A stretch of DNA of 64,000 nucleotides. Source: Anaeromyxobacteraceae bacterium. Lineage in GTDB: Bacteria > Myxococcota > Myxococcia > Myxococcales > Anaeromyxobacteraceae. Of this stretch, positions 1 to 13,156 are shown one piece after another. Numbering within the stretch: position 1 is the stretch's first letter; every line of letters starts with the position of its first letter. A program made the position numbers and the translations under genes. Below the pieces are notes generated by a model. It was not told the DNA's origin and ran no database searches. It saw only the letters and a program-made list of their open reading frames with translations. Where the stretch lies: positions 2,542 to 66,541 of the forward strand of contig JBBIOL010000003.1 in the NCBI GenBank assembly GCA_037443385.1, written 5' to 3'.

Positions 1-729
1 GGGCAGGGTGACCCCGAGCTGGCGGATGTTCTTCACCAGGATCGACTGGGCCGGCTCGATGGACCAGTTGAGCACGGCCTGCGCGTTCGAGCCCTTCAGC
101 TTGGTGGCCTCCGCCGAGAGGTCGGTGGCGGCCTTGTCGTAGACCTCGTCGAGCACCACCTGGATCCCGTACTCGGGGGCGAGCTTCGCGATCTGCTCCT
201 TGCCGGCCTTGCCGAAGCCGGTGTTGGAGGAGAAGACCGCGATGCGGGTGATCCCGCGCCGCTTCATGTCCTGGAAGACGAGCGCCGCCGCGTGGCTGTC
301 CTTCTGGGCGGTCTTGAAGACGTGGGCGGCCACCGGGTTCACGATCACCTCGGCGGCGGCGAGCGAGACGAGCAGCGTCCTGCCCTCCTCGGCGATGGCC
401 TTCACCGCCATGGTCTCGCCCGACGTGGAGGGGCCGAGGATGGCGAACACCTTCTCCTCGTCGATGAGCTGCCGCGCGAAGGAGACCGCCTTCTCCGGCG
501 AGCCGCCGGTGTCCTTCACGATGAGCCGCACCCGGTGTCCGGCCACGCCGCCCTTCGCGTTCGCCTGGTCGGCGAGCATCTCCAGCGTGCGGGCCTCCGG
601 GGCGCCCAGGAAGGCGGCCGGGCCGGTGACCGCGAGCAGCGCGCCGATCTTGAGCTCCTCGGCGGCGGCAGCGGTCGAGGCGAGCGCCAGGGTGGAGAGG
701 ACGGCGGCGGCGACGCGGGTGAGGCGCAT
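1..729 (-). CDS. ABC transporter periplasmic substrate-binding protein, LivJ/LivK (branched-chain amino acid) family; 3' end lies outside the window
   Basis: The minus-strand frame is open from ATG 729 (GGAGGA just upstream) to position 1. The product begins MRLTRVAAAVLSTLALASTAAAAEELKIGALLAVTGPAAFLGAPE... This is a signal peptide plus the type-I periplasmic-binding pattern of Liv-family SBPs. It is missing from the ORF track because it runs off the edge. Confidence 0.75.
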   Translation of the reverse strand, partial: MRLTRVAAAVLSTLALASTAAAAEELKIGALLAVTGPAAFLGAPEARTLEMLADQANAKGGVAGHRVRLIVKDTGGSPEKAVSFARQLIDEEKVFAILGPSTSGETMAVKAIAEEGRTLLVSLAAAEVIVNPVAAHVFKTAQKDSHAAALVFQDMKRRGITRIAVFSSNTGFGKAGKEQIAKLAPEYGIQVVLDEVYDKAATDLSAEATKLKGSNAQAVLNWSIEPAQSILVKNIRQLGVTLP

Positions 730-777
730 GGATCCTCCGGCTGCGGTGGAAGGCGGGACCCGGCAGGATACCCGATC

Positions 778-806
778 GGGAGGTGCCTCCGCAGCAGGGA
801 GGTGCC
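778..806. repeat. Exact 10-nt direct repeat GGGAGGTGCC (778-787 and 797-806) separated by 9 nt, in the paaK/SBP intergenic spacer
   Basis: Read directly from the sequence. The CCTCC/GGAGG halves could also pair as a short hairpin. Confidence 0.8.
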
Positions 807-828
807 GGAGCCCCCGCGGCGGGGTCCT

Positions 829-2154
829 TCAGGACGCGGCCGCGGAGCGCCGGTGGTCGATGACGCGCCGCGCCTTCCCCTCGCTGCGCTCCAGCGCGTG
901 GGGGGCCACGAGCTCCACCGTCATGCGGATGCCGGTGATGGAGTGGATCTCGTGGTCGATCCGGTCGCGGAGCGCCACCATCTGGCGCATCTCGTCGGAG
1001 AAGTCGCGGGGGCGGATCTCCACCCGGACCACCGCCTCGTCGAGGGTCCCGGGGCGCGCGATCTCGATCACGTAGTGGGGCGCGGCCCCCTCCACCCGGA
1101 GCAGGGCCTCCTCGATCTGGGAGGGGAAGACGTTCACCCCGCGCACGATGAACATGTCGTCGGAGCGGCCCACCACCCGGCTCATGCGGGCCCCGGTCCG
1201 GCCGCAGGGGCAGGGCGAGCGGTCGAGCGAGGCCAGGTCGCGGGTGCGGTAGCGCAAGACCGGCATGGCCTCCTTGGTGAGGCTCGTGAAGACCAGCTCG
1301 CCCACCGTGCCGTCCGGCACCGGCTCGAGCGTGCCCGGGTCCAGGCACTCCACCACGAAGTGGTCCTCGGCCACGTGCATGCCGCGCCGCGCCGGGCACT
1401 CGCCGGAGACGCCCGGGCCGATGACCTCGGAGAGGCCGTAGTTGTTGAAGGCCCGGATGCCGAGCTCGCGCTCGATCTCGACCCGCATCTCCTCGGTCCA
1501 GGGCTCGCCGCCGAAGTGGCCGATCGAGAGGCCGAGGCCGCGCGGGTCCACCCCGCCGGTGCGGGCCACCTCGGCGATGTGGAGCGCGTAGCTCGGCGTG
1601 CAGACGAGCACGTCCGGGCGCAGGTCGGAAAGCAGCATCACCTGGCGCGGGGTGTTGCCGCCGGCCACCGGGACGATGCCGGCGCCCACCCGCTCGATGC
1701 CCTGGTGCAGCCCGAACCCGCCGGTGAAGAGGCCGTAGCCGAAGGCCACGTGGACGAGGTGCTCCGGACGGAGCCCTCCCGAGAAGAGGAAGCGGGCGCA
1801 CAGGCCGGACCAGCGGTCCAGGTCACCCCGGGTGTAGGCGACGAAGGTGGGCTTGCCGGTGGTCCCGGAGGACCCGTGGATGCGGGCCACCTCGGCGCGC
1901 GGCACGGCGAGGAGCCCGAGCGGGTAGTGCGCCCGGAGGTCGTCCTTGGTGGTGACGGGGAGCCGCCGCAGGTCGTCGAGCCCGCGCACGTCGCCGGCCG
2001 CCACCCCGGCCTCGCGCAGGACCCGGCCGTAGAAGGGGGTGCCGGACACGCGCGCGAGCGTCTCGCGCAGCCGCTCGAGCTGCAGCGCGAGGAGCCGCTC
2101 CCGGGGGAGCAGCTCGGCCGGGTCCCAGGCGCGGCTCTCGACGGGGTCGGACAT
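829..2154 (-). CDS. paaK: Phenylacetate-CoA ligase (PaaK / coenzyme F390 synthetase family)
   Basis: 441-aa ORF with the adenylate-forming motif IHGSSGTTGKPT, plus YGLSE and SDDMFIVRGVNVFPSQIE. The full-length pattern fits the PaaK family. Confidence 0.9.
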   Translation of the reverse strand: MSDPVESRAWDPAELLPRERLLALQLERLRETLARVSGTPFYGRVLREAGVAAGDVRGLDDLRRLPVTTKDDLRAHYPLGLLAVPRAEVARIHGSSGTTGKPTFVAYTRGDLDRWSGLCARFLFSGGLRPEHLVHVAFGYGLFTGGFGLHQGIERVGAGIVPVAGGNTPRQVMLLSDLRPDVLVCTPSYALHIAEVARTGGVDPRGLGLSIGHFGGEPWTEEMRVEIERELGIRAFNNYGLSEVIGPGVSGECPARRGMHVAEDHFVVECLDPGTLEPVPDGTVGELVFTSLTKEAMPVLRYRTRDLASLDRSPCPCGRTGARMSRVVGRSDDMFIVRGVNVFPSQIEEALLRVEGAAPHYVIEIARPGTLDEAVVRVEIRPRDFSDEMRQMVALRDRIDHEIHSITGIRMTVELVAPHALERSEGKARRVIDHRRSAAAS

Positions 2155-2163
2155 CCGGACCGG

Positions 2164-2607
2164 TCAGGCCCCGACGGCGGTGAAGGCTTCCTCGCGGGTG
2201 AGCACGCGGATCCGCCGGCCGCCGAGGAGCGCCGCCGCCCGCTCCGGGTCCTCGACCCGGAGGATGAGCACCGCGGTCTTGCCGCGGTGGCCGGCGACGA
2301 GCGGGTAGATGTACTCGATGGAGAGCCCGGTTCCCTCGAACGCGCCCAGCATGTCGGCCAGGCCACCGGCCCGGTCGGGGACCTCGACGGCCAGCACGTC
2401 GGTGACCTTCACCACGCAGCCGGCGTCCTCGAGCACCTTGCGGGCCCGCACGTCGTCCTTCACGACGACGCGGAGGATGCCGAACTGCTGGGTGTCGGCG
2501 AGCGACAGGGTGAGGATGTCGATCCCGGCCTGGCCCAGCACCTGGCAGGGCAGGCGCAGCGCGCCGGGGCGGTTCTCCAGGAAGAGCGACAGCTGTCGGA
2601 GCTTCAT
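2164..2607 (-). CDS. ACT domain-containing (amino-acid-binding) protein, tandem ACT
   Basis: 147 aa. MKLRQLSLFLENRPGAL...ILTLSLADT... and a second VLAVEVPDRAGGLADM... have the beta-alpha-beta-beta-alpha-beta ACT signature twice. The gene is sandwiched between two paaK genes, as in known ior-paaK clusters. Confidence 0.8.
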   Translation of the reverse strand: MKLRQLSLFLENRPGALRLPCQVLGQAGIDILTLSLADTQQFGILRVVVKDDVRARKVLEDAGCVVKVTDVLAVEVPDRAGGLADMLGAFEGTGLSIEYIYPLVAGHRGKTAVLILRVEDPERAAALLGGRRIRVLTREEAFTAVGA

Positions 2608-2625
2608 GTGCGTTCCTCCGGTGCG

Positions 2626-3945
2626 TCAGATCTGCCGCTTGTCCTCGACCCGCCGGGCCTTGCCCTCGGAGCGCTGGATGGTGCGCGGGCCGACCAGCGT
2701 GACGCGGGCGCGGATGCCCAGGGTGTGGTCGAGCGACTGCTCCAGCTTGTGCTGCAGGGCCTCCAGCGCGCGGATCTGGTCGGAGAAGACCTCGGGGGTC
2801 ACCTCGACCTTCACCTCCATCTCGTCGAGCCCCTTCTCGCGGGTGAGCACGATCTGGTAGTGCGGCAGCGTGCCCTCCACGGCGAGCAGCGCCGTCTCCA
2901 CCTGGCTGGGGAAGACGTTCACGCCGCGGATGATGAACATGTCGTCGGAGCGGCGGCCGATGCGGCGGATGCGGCGGATGGTGCGCCCGCAGGCGCAGGG
3001 CTCGGGCAGGATGGAGGTCACGTCCCGCGTCCGGTAGCGGATCATGGGCATGGCGTCCTTGGAGAGGGTGGTGAGCACGAGCTCCCCCTCGGCGCCGTCG
3101 GGGAGCACCTCGCCCGAGGCCGGGTCGACGATCTCCGGGTAGAAGTGGTCCTCGAAGACGTGCAGGCCCGACTGGGCGAAGCACTCGATGCCCACGCCCG
3201 GCCCGATGATCTCGGAGAGGCCGTAGATGTCGTAGGCCGAGACCCCGGTGTCGGCCTGGATGCGGCGGCGCATGGCCTCGCTCCAGGGCTCGGCCCCGAA
3301 GATGCCGGCGCGCAGCCGGGAGAAGTCGGCGCCGAGCTCCCGGGCCCGCTCGGTGAGGTGCAGGAAGTAGCTCGGCGTGCAGCAGATGGCGGTGACCCCG
3401 AAGTCCTGCAGGACCATGATCTGGCGGTCGGTGTTGCCGCCGGAAATGGGGATGACGGTGGCCCCGAGCGCCTCGGCCCCGTAGTGCGCCCCCAGGCCGC
3501 CGGTGAAGAGGCCGTAGCCGTAGGCGTTCTGCACCACGTCGCCGCGGTGGAGACCGCAGGCGGCGAAGCTGCGCACCATCACCTCGGTCCAGACGTCGAG
3601 GTCGGACTGGGTGTAGGCCACCACGGTGGGCTTCCCGGTGGTGCCGGAGGAGGCGTGCAGGCGCACGATCTCCTCCATGGGCGAGGCGAAGAGGCCGAAC
3701 GGGTAGGTGTCGCGCAGGTCGGTCTTCAGCGTGAAGGGGAAGCGGGCCAGGTCCTCGAGGGAGCGCAGGTCGTCCGGCCGGGCCTGCCGCTCCTGGCAGC
3801 GGGTGCGGTAGAGCGGGACCCGGTCGTAGGCGCGGCGCACGATGCGCGCCAGCCTCTCGAGCTGCAGGTCGCGCAGCTGCTCGGCGGGGACGTAGTCGGG
3901 GGCGCTCGCCGGGTGGAAGCGGCGGGCCGCGTCAGGCGTGGCCAT
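2626..3945 (-). CDS. paaK: Phenylacetate-CoA ligase paralog (PaaK family)
   Basis: 439 aa with LHASSGTTGKPT, YGLSEIIGPGV and SDDMFIIRGVNVFPSQVE. It is clearly paralogous to 829-2154. Confidence 0.9.
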   Translation of the reverse strand: MATPDAARRFHPASAPDYVPAEQLRDLQLERLARIVRRAYDRVPLYRTRCQERQARPDDLRSLEDLARFPFTLKTDLRDTYPFGLFASPMEEIVRLHASSGTTGKPTVVAYTQSDLDVWTEVMVRSFAACGLHRGDVVQNAYGYGLFTGGLGAHYGAEALGATVIPISGGNTDRQIMVLQDFGVTAICCTPSYFLHLTERARELGADFSRLRAGIFGAEPWSEAMRRRIQADTGVSAYDIYGLSEIIGPGVGIECFAQSGLHVFEDHFYPEIVDPASGEVLPDGAEGELVLTTLSKDAMPMIRYRTRDVTSILPEPCACGRTIRRIRRIGRRSDDMFIIRGVNVFPSQVETALLAVEGTLPHYQIVLTREKGLDEMEVKVEVTPEVFSDQIRALEALQHKLEQSLDHTLGIRARVTLVGPRTIQRSEGKARRVEDKRQI

Positions 3946-4447
3946 GGGTTCCCTTTCCGGCGGCGCGGGCGCGCTCGGCGGCGCGACCGGCCTCGAAGGC
4001 CTCCAGGTTCACCGCGAGCAGGCGCTCCGGCAGCGAGGCCGAGATGGCCTCCCGCCAGTGCTCGTCGGAGATGTCGAGGTGGAAGGAGAGCGCGCCGAGG
4101 AGCGCCACGTTCAGGCTGCGCTTGTTGCGCAGCGCCGCGTCGGGCACGAGGTCCGGGGGGAAGAGCACGCCGGTCTCCCGGAGCTGGTGGAGGTTGTTCT
4201 CCACCTGGGTGGGCGCGAGCACGACCAGGAAGTCGGCGTGGCCGTCCGGGATCATGGGGGAGTGGACCGCGGGACCGAAGCGGACGTCGGAGGTGACCGA
4301 CCCCCCGCGCTGGCTCATGCCGTGGATCTCGGCCTTCTTCACGTCGTGCCCGGCGCGGAAGGCCGCGTCGGCCAGGACGTCGGAGGCCTTGATGACGCCC
4401 TGGCCGCCCAGGCCGGCGAAGACCACGTTCACCACCCTATGCGGCAT
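3932..4447 (-). CDS. iorB: Indolepyruvate:ferredoxin oxidoreductase, beta subunit
   Basis: 171 aa. The N-terminus VVFAGLGGQGVIKASDVLA...HGMSQRGGSV is typical of the 2-oxoacid:ferredoxin oxidoreductase gamma-type domain of IorB. It overlaps iorA (11 nt) and paaK (14 nt). Confidence 0.85.
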   Translation of the reverse strand: MPHRVVNVVFAGLGGQGVIKASDVLADAAFRAGHDVKKAEIHGMSQRGGSVTSDVRFGPAVHSPMIPDGHADFLVVLAPTQVENNLHQLRETGVLFPPDLVPDAALRNKRSLNVALLGALSFHLDISDEHWREAISASLPERLLAVNLEAFEAGRAAERARAAGKGTHGHA

Positions 4448-6104
4448 CGGGGCTCCCGCAGGCGGCGCAGGGGGGCGCGGCGGCGGCGGCCGCCTTCTCC
4501 GAGTTGAGCTTCTCGTAGTGGCGGATGTCGGCCGCGGCCAGGATGCAGGGGCGGCGCGCGACGATGACCGAGAGGTCGTTGCCGGCGAGGCGCCGGGAGA
4601 GCAGCTCCTCGAAGCCCTTCGGGTCCTTCACCGGGTCGACCACGTCGACGTTCTGCACGCCGGCCGCCCGGGCCATGCCCTCGATGGAGACGTGGCCGGT
4701 GGCCTCGTGCTCGAGCGTGCGGCCGGTGCCCGGGTGCTCCTGCTGCCCGGTCATGGCGGTGGTCCCGTTGTCGAGCACGATGAGCACGTGGCCGGTCGCG
4801 GGCGGGTTGTACACCATCTCCACGAGCCCGTTCAGCCCGGAATGGATGAAGGTGGAGTCGCCGATGATGGAGACCACCTTGCGGGCCTGCTCCTCCGGCA
4901 GCACGTGGCGCAGCCCGAGCCCCACCCCGACCGAGGCCCCCATGGCGACGCAGGTGTCCATGGCCTGGTAGGGCTCCATCACGCCCAGCGTGTAGCAGCC
5001 GATGTCCCCGGCCACGATGCAGCCCATGCGCTGGAGCGTCCCGTAGACCGGGTGGTAGGGGCAGGCCTCGCAGAGCTCGGGCGGCTTCTGCCGCGCCGGC
5101 GGCGGCTCGGGCGAGACGTCGCCCGCGAGGATGCGCCGCACCCGGGACACCGAGAGCTCGCCGAAGCGGTACATCTCCGGCTTGCCCTCCACCCGGATCC
5201 CGGCGGCGGAGAGCGCGTCGGCGACGACCGGGTCGCCCTCCTCGATCACCACGCAGCGTTCCACGCCGGCCGCGAAGCGGCGCAGCGCCTCGAGGGGGAG
5301 GGGATGGACCACCCCGAGCTGGAAGACGCTGGCCTCCGGGGCGGCCTCGCGCACATGCTGGAAGGAGATGCCGTTCACCACGATGCCGAGCGCCGGGCTG
5401 CCCGCGTGGACCCGGTTGAGGGTCGAGGTCTCGGCCCAGTCCTGGATGGCGGTGAGCTTCTCGCGCAGCTTCCGGTGGGCCGGCCGCGCGAAGGCGGGCA
5501 CCATGACCCGCCCGCGGATGTCGCGCACGAAGCGCGGGGGCGGCGCGGGCGGGAGCGGCCGCTCGCGGCGGACCACCACCGACTTCGAGTGGCAGACCCG
5601 GGTGGTCATGCGCAGGATCACCGGGATGTGGAAGCGCCCGGAGAGCTCGAGCGCCGCCACGGTGAAGTCGTAGGCCTCCTGGGACGACGCCGGCTCGAGC
5701 ATGGGGATGCCCGCGGCGACCGCGTAGCGCCGGTTGTCCTGCTCGTTCTGCGAGGAGGCCATGCCCGGGTCGTCGGCCGAGACCAGCACCAGCGCGCCGT
5801 CCACCCCGGTGTAGGCCGCGGTGAAGAGCGGGTCGGCGGCGACGTTCACCCCCACGTGCTTCATGGTGACGAGCACGCGAGCGCCGGCGAAGGCCGCGCC
5901 CAGGCCCACCTCGAGCGCCACCTTCTCGTTCGGGGCCCACTGGGCGCGCCCGCCCAGGGCGGCGAACGCCTCCAGGATCTCGGTGGAGGGGGTGCCGGGA
6001 TAGCCGGTGCCGAGCGCCACCTCGCCGTCCAGGGCCGCCATGGCCACCGCCTCGTCGCCGCTCCACAGCCCGCGAGCGGGCGCCTTCGTCGCTGCCGTCT
6101 GCAC
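4437..6104 (-). CDS. iorA: Indolepyruvate:ferredoxin oxidoreductase, alpha subunit (TPP-binding)
   Basis: This is the C-terminal 555 codons of the 1203-aa track ORF. Motifs seen are GYPGTPSTEILE, GDIGCYTLG, IGDSTFIHSG and CEACPYHP. The start is set at GTG 6104 (MQTAATKAPARGLWSGDEAV...) because the upstream part of the ORF is antisense to ptb/buk. The start is uncertain by a few codons. Confidence 0.85.
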   Translation of the reverse strand: MQTAATKAPARGLWSGDEAVAMAALDGEVALGTGYPGTPSTEILEAFAALGGRAQWAPNEKVALEVGLGAAFAGARVLVTMKHVGVNVAADPLFTAAYTGVDGALVLVSADDPGMASSQNEQDNRRYAVAAGIPMLEPASSQEAYDFTVAALELSGRFHIPVILRMTTRVCHSKSVVVRRERPLPPAPPPRFVRDIRGRVMVPAFARPAHRKLREKLTAIQDWAETSTLNRVHAGSPALGIVVNGISFQHVREAAPEASVFQLGVVHPLPLEALRRFAAGVERCVVIEEGDPVVADALSAAGIRVEGKPEMYRFGELSVSRVRRILAGDVSPEPPPARQKPPELCEACPYHPVYGTLQRMGCIVAGDIGCYTLGVMEPYQAMDTCVAMGASVGVGLGLRHVLPEEQARKVVSIIGDSTFIHSGLNGLVEMVYNPPATGHVLIVLDNGTTAMTGQQEHPGTGRTLEHEATGHVSIEGMARAAGVQNVDVVDPVKDPKGFEELLSRRLAGNDLSVIVARRPCILAAADIRHYEKLNSEKAAAAAAPPCAACGSPDAA

Positions 6105-6189
6105 GATCGATGAGCCTCTTCCGGAAATGGGTCGGCGATTCTCCCCTTTCGGGGGCCCTGCGGCAAGGGCTGGCGGCAGGGGCGAGGGC

Positions 6190-7128
6190 GTGGTCAAACC
6201 CGGGCCGGTGGATCCGGTCCGGACCCTCGACGATCTGGTGGAGCGCGCCCGCGCGCTCGGTCCGCGCGTGGTGGCGGTGCCCGCGGCCGAGAGCGACACG
6301 GCGCTCGCAGCGGTGGTGGAGGGGCGGCGGCGCGGCATCGCCCGGGGGCTCCTCGTCGGGGACCGGGAGGGGCTCGTGGACCGGCTCTGGAAGCTCGAGG
6401 AGGACCCGGCACACCACGAGATCGTCCACGAGCCGGACGACGCCCGGGCCGCCGCCCTGGCGGTGGAGCGGATCCGGGCCGGGGAGGCCTCGCTCCTCCT
6501 CAAGGGGCGACTCCCCACCGCCGACCTGCTCCGGGCGGTCCTCGACCGGGACCGGGGGCTGCGCACCGACCGCATCCTCTCCGACGTGATGGTGAGCGAG
6601 CACCCCACCGCGCCCCCGCGCCGCCTGGTCGGCATCACCGACGGGGGCGTCAACGTGGCCCCGCGCCTCGTCGAGAAGCGGGCCATCCTGGAGAACGCGG
6701 TCCGGGTCTTCCACCGGCTGGGCTTCGAGAAGCCGGTGGTGGCGCTGCTCTGCGCGGTGGAGACCCCGTCGCCGGCCATGCCCCACACCCAGGACGCCCG
6801 CGCGCTCGCCGAGATGGCCGGGCGCGGGGAGATCGCGGGCTGCCACGTGGTGGGACCGCTCGCGCTCGACAACGCGCTGCTGCCCTGGGCGGCCAAGGCG
6901 AAGGGGATCGCGCACCCGCTGGCCGGCCGGGCCGACGTGCTGCTCGTCCCCACCATCGAGGCCGGAAACATCCTCGGGAAGGCCTTCTCCTGGCTGGCGG
7001 GGAAGCCGGTGGCCCACGTGATCGAGGGGGCTCGCGCGCCGGTGCTCATCCCCTCGCGGGTGGAGCGGGCCGACGACAAGCTCCTCTCCATCGCGCTCGG
7101 GATCCTCTCGGCGGAGGGCGTGGCGTGA
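6190..7128 (+). CDS. ptb: Phosphate butyryltransferase / phosphate acyltransferase (PTA_PTB family)
   Basis: The product from GTG 6190 reads VKPGPVDPVRTLDDLVERA...GITDGGVNVAP...LLVPTIEAGNILGKAF..., matching the Ptb family pattern. The start could instead be GTG 6208. Confidence 0.8.
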   Translation: MVKPGPVDPVRTLDDLVERARALGPRVVAVPAAESDTALAAVVEGRRRGIARGLLVGDREGLVDRLWKLEEDPAHHEIVHEPDDARAAALAVERIRAGEASLLLKGRLPTADLLRAVLDRDRGLRTDRILSDVMVSEHPTAPPRRLVGITDGGVNVAPRLVEKRAILENAVRVFHRLGFEKPVVALLCAVETPSPAMPHTQDARALAEMAGRGEIAGCHVVGPLALDNALLPWAAKAKGIAHPLAGRADVLLVPTIEAGNILGKAFSWLAGKPVAHVIEGARAPVLIPSRVERADDKLLSIALGILSAEGVA

Positions 7129-8213
7129 CCGGCCCGCCGCCGCTCGTGCTCGCGGTGAACCCGGGCACGGGTTCGACCAAGCTGGGCCTCTTCCGGGGGT
7201 CCGACCCGGTGCGGGTCGAGACCCTCCGGCACGACGCCGCGGCCATCGCCTCGCCGCGCATGGCCGATCAGCTGCCCATGCGGCTCGCGGCGGTCCGCGA
7301 CTTCGTCTCCCGCGCGGCCGGGGGCGAGCGGCTCGACGCGGTGGTGGGGCGCGGGGGGCTCCTCGGCCCGGTCCCGGCCGGCACGCTCCTCGCCAGCCCC
7401 GCCATGGCCGACGAGCTGCTCCGGGCCCCGCGGGGAGAGCACGCCTCGAACCTGGGCGTGCCCGTCGCGCTCGCGGTGGCCGCCGATCACGGTTGCCCGG
7501 CCTTCACGGTGGACCCGGTCTCGGTGGACGAGCTCGCCCCCGAGGCGCGGATCACCGGCCTCGCCGGGGTGGAGCGGCGCAGCTTCACGCATGCCCTCAA
7601 CATCCGGGCCGCGGCCCGGCGCCACGCGCGCGCGGCGGGGCGGCGGCCGGAGGAGCTGCGCCTCGTCGTGGCCCACCTGGGCAGCGGGGTCTCGCTGGCG
7701 GCGCTCTCCGGCGGGCGCATGGTGGACGTGGTGAACCCGCAGGACGAGGGGCCCTTCGCCGGCGACCGGGCCGGGGGGGTGCCGGTGACCGCGGTGGTGG
7801 AGATGTGCTTCACCCCGGGTGCACGACGGGACGCCGTGCGCCGCCGGCTCTTCGGCGACGGCGGGCTCTTCTCGCTCCTCGGAACCCGCGACGCCCGCGA
7901 GGCGGTGGCCCGCGCCGCGGGGGGCGACGCGGCGGCGGCGCTCGCGGTGGAGGCCATGTGCCTCCAGGTGGCGAAGTCGGTGGGGGCGCTGGCGGCGGCG
8001 CTCGGGGGGCGGGTGGACGCGGTGATCCTCACCGGCGGCATGGCCCACGACCCGGCCGTGGTGGAGCCGGTGCGGCGGCGGGTGGAGTGGATCGCGCCGG
8101 TGGTGGTGCTGCCCGGGGAGGACGAGCTCCAGGCGCTCGTCGACGGGGCGCTGCGGGTGCTCTCCGGCGAGGAGGCGGCGCGCGCGTACGCGCCGCCCCC
8201 CTCCGGAGGGTGA
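7125..8213 (+). CDS. buk: Butyrate (branched-chain acyl) kinase
   Basis: 362 aa with LVLAVNPGTGSTKLGLF, HASNLG and VAHLGSGVSLAA, the acetate/butyrate kinase signatures. It has a GTGA stop-start overlap with ptb. Confidence 0.85.
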   Translation: MTGPPPLVLAVNPGTGSTKLGLFRGSDPVRVETLRHDAAAIASPRMADQLPMRLAAVRDFVSRAAGGERLDAVVGRGGLLGPVPAGTLLASPAMADELLRAPRGEHASNLGVPVALAVAADHGCPAFTVDPVSVDELAPEARITGLAGVERRSFTHALNIRAAARRHARAAGRRPEELRLVVAHLGSGVSLAALSGGRMVDVVNPQDEGPFAGDRAGGVPVTAVVEMCFTPGARRDAVRRRLFGDGGLFSLLGTRDAREAVARAAGGDAAAALAVEAMCLQVAKSVGALAAALGGRVDAVILTGGMAHDPAVVEPVRRRVEWIAPVVVLPGEDELQALVDGALRVLSGEEAARAYAPPPSGG

Positions 8214-8225
8214 GACCGGGAGCGG

Positions 8226-12257
<4,032 letters not shown>

Positions 12258-12276
12258 CGCCTCGTGTCGAAGGGGG

Positions 12277-12305
12277 TTGCATCCGTCGAACGGAGCAGGC
12301 TAGAT
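12277..12305 (+). promoter_or_regulatory. Candidate sigma-70-type promoter for etfBA (TTGCAT-17 nt-CTAGAT)
   Basis: The hexamers were read at 12277-12282 and 12300-12305, 39 nt upstream of the etfB ATG. This rests on sequence resemblance only. Confidence 0.3.
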
Positions 12306-12343
12306 CTGGCGTCCCCGGTTGATTCTGGAGTCAAGGAGCCGCA

Positions 12344-13147
12344 ATGCCCCTCAAGATCCTGGTCACGGCGAAGCGCGTCGAGGACCCCGAGTCGAAGATC
12401 AAGGTGAAGCCCGACGGCACGGGCATCGTCACCGACGGCGTGAACTACAAGATGAACCCGTTCGACGAGATCGCCGTCGAGGAGGGGCTGCGCCTCAAGG
12501 AGAAGCACGGCGGCGAGGTGGTGGTGGCGAGCATCGGCACCGACAGGTCGATGACCGAGATCCGCGCCGCGCTGGCCATGGGCGCCGACCGCGGCATCCT
12601 GGTGAAGCACGACGGCCCGCTCGACCCGGTGGTGGTCTCGGCCATCCTCGACAAGCTGCTCGAGAAGGAGAAGCCCGACCTCGTGCTCCTCGGCAAGCAG
12701 TCCATCGACGACGACCAGAACCAGGTCGGCCAGTACCTGGCCGAGCGGCGCGGGCTCGGGCAGGCCACCTTCGCCTCCAAGGTCGAGAGCCTGGAGAGCG
12801 AGGCCGAGCAGAAGAAGGTCCCGGGCGTGGCGCTCGCCGCCGACGGCAAGAGCGTGCGGGTGGTGCGCGAGGTGGATGGCGGCCTCGTCTTCCTGGACGT
12901 GGACCTGCCGGCCGTCGTCACCTGCGACCTGCGCCTCAACAAGCCCCGCTTCGCGTCGCTGCCCGGCATCATGAAGGCGAAGAAGAAGCCGGTGGAGGAG
13001 ATCGCCGCGGCCTCGCTGGGGGTGGACCTCGCCCCCCGGGTGGTGGTGAAGAAGCTCGCCGAGCCCCCCAAGCGCCAGGGCGGCCGCAAGGTCGCCGACG
13101 TCCCCGAGCTCTACGAGAAGCTCAAGGGCGAGGCCAAGGTCCTCTAG
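12344..13147 (+). CDS. etfB: Electron transfer flavoprotein, beta subunit
   Basis: 267 aa. [25 protein letters not shown]...[16 protein letters not shown] is a textbook EtfB N-terminus. Confidence 0.9.
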   Translation: MPLKILVTAKRVEDPESKIKVKPDGTGIVTDGVNYKMNPFDEIAVEEGLRLKEKHGGEVVVASIGTDRSMTEIRAALAMGADRGILVKHDGPLDPVVVSAILDKLLEKEKPDLVLLGKQSIDDDQNQVGQYLAERRGLGQATFASKVESLESEAEQKKVPGVALAADGKSVRVVREVDGGLVFLDVDLPAVVTCDLRLNKPRFASLPGIMKAKKKPVEEIAAASLGVDLAPRVVVKKLAEPPKRQGGRKVADVPELYEKLKGEAKVL

Positions 13148-13156
13148 GAGAACGCC

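Noticed and set aside
292-4296. A 1334-aa plus-strand ORF. Similar giant ORFs include 8238-9644 (the 5' part of 8238-12257), 14044-18060 (-), 24513-27494 (-) and 28629-31484 (-).
   Set aside because: Their translations are low-complexity Gly/Arg/Ala/Asp/Pro-rich strings with no family motifs. They lie antisense or out of frame to ORFs with clear family signatures. This is the expected stop-codon-poor artefact of very high GC.
6105-8048. The N-terminal 648 codons of the 1203-aa minus-strand ORF that contains iorA.
   Set aside because: This part runs antisense through ptb and buk and has no IorA similarity. IorA homology begins just after GTG 6104.
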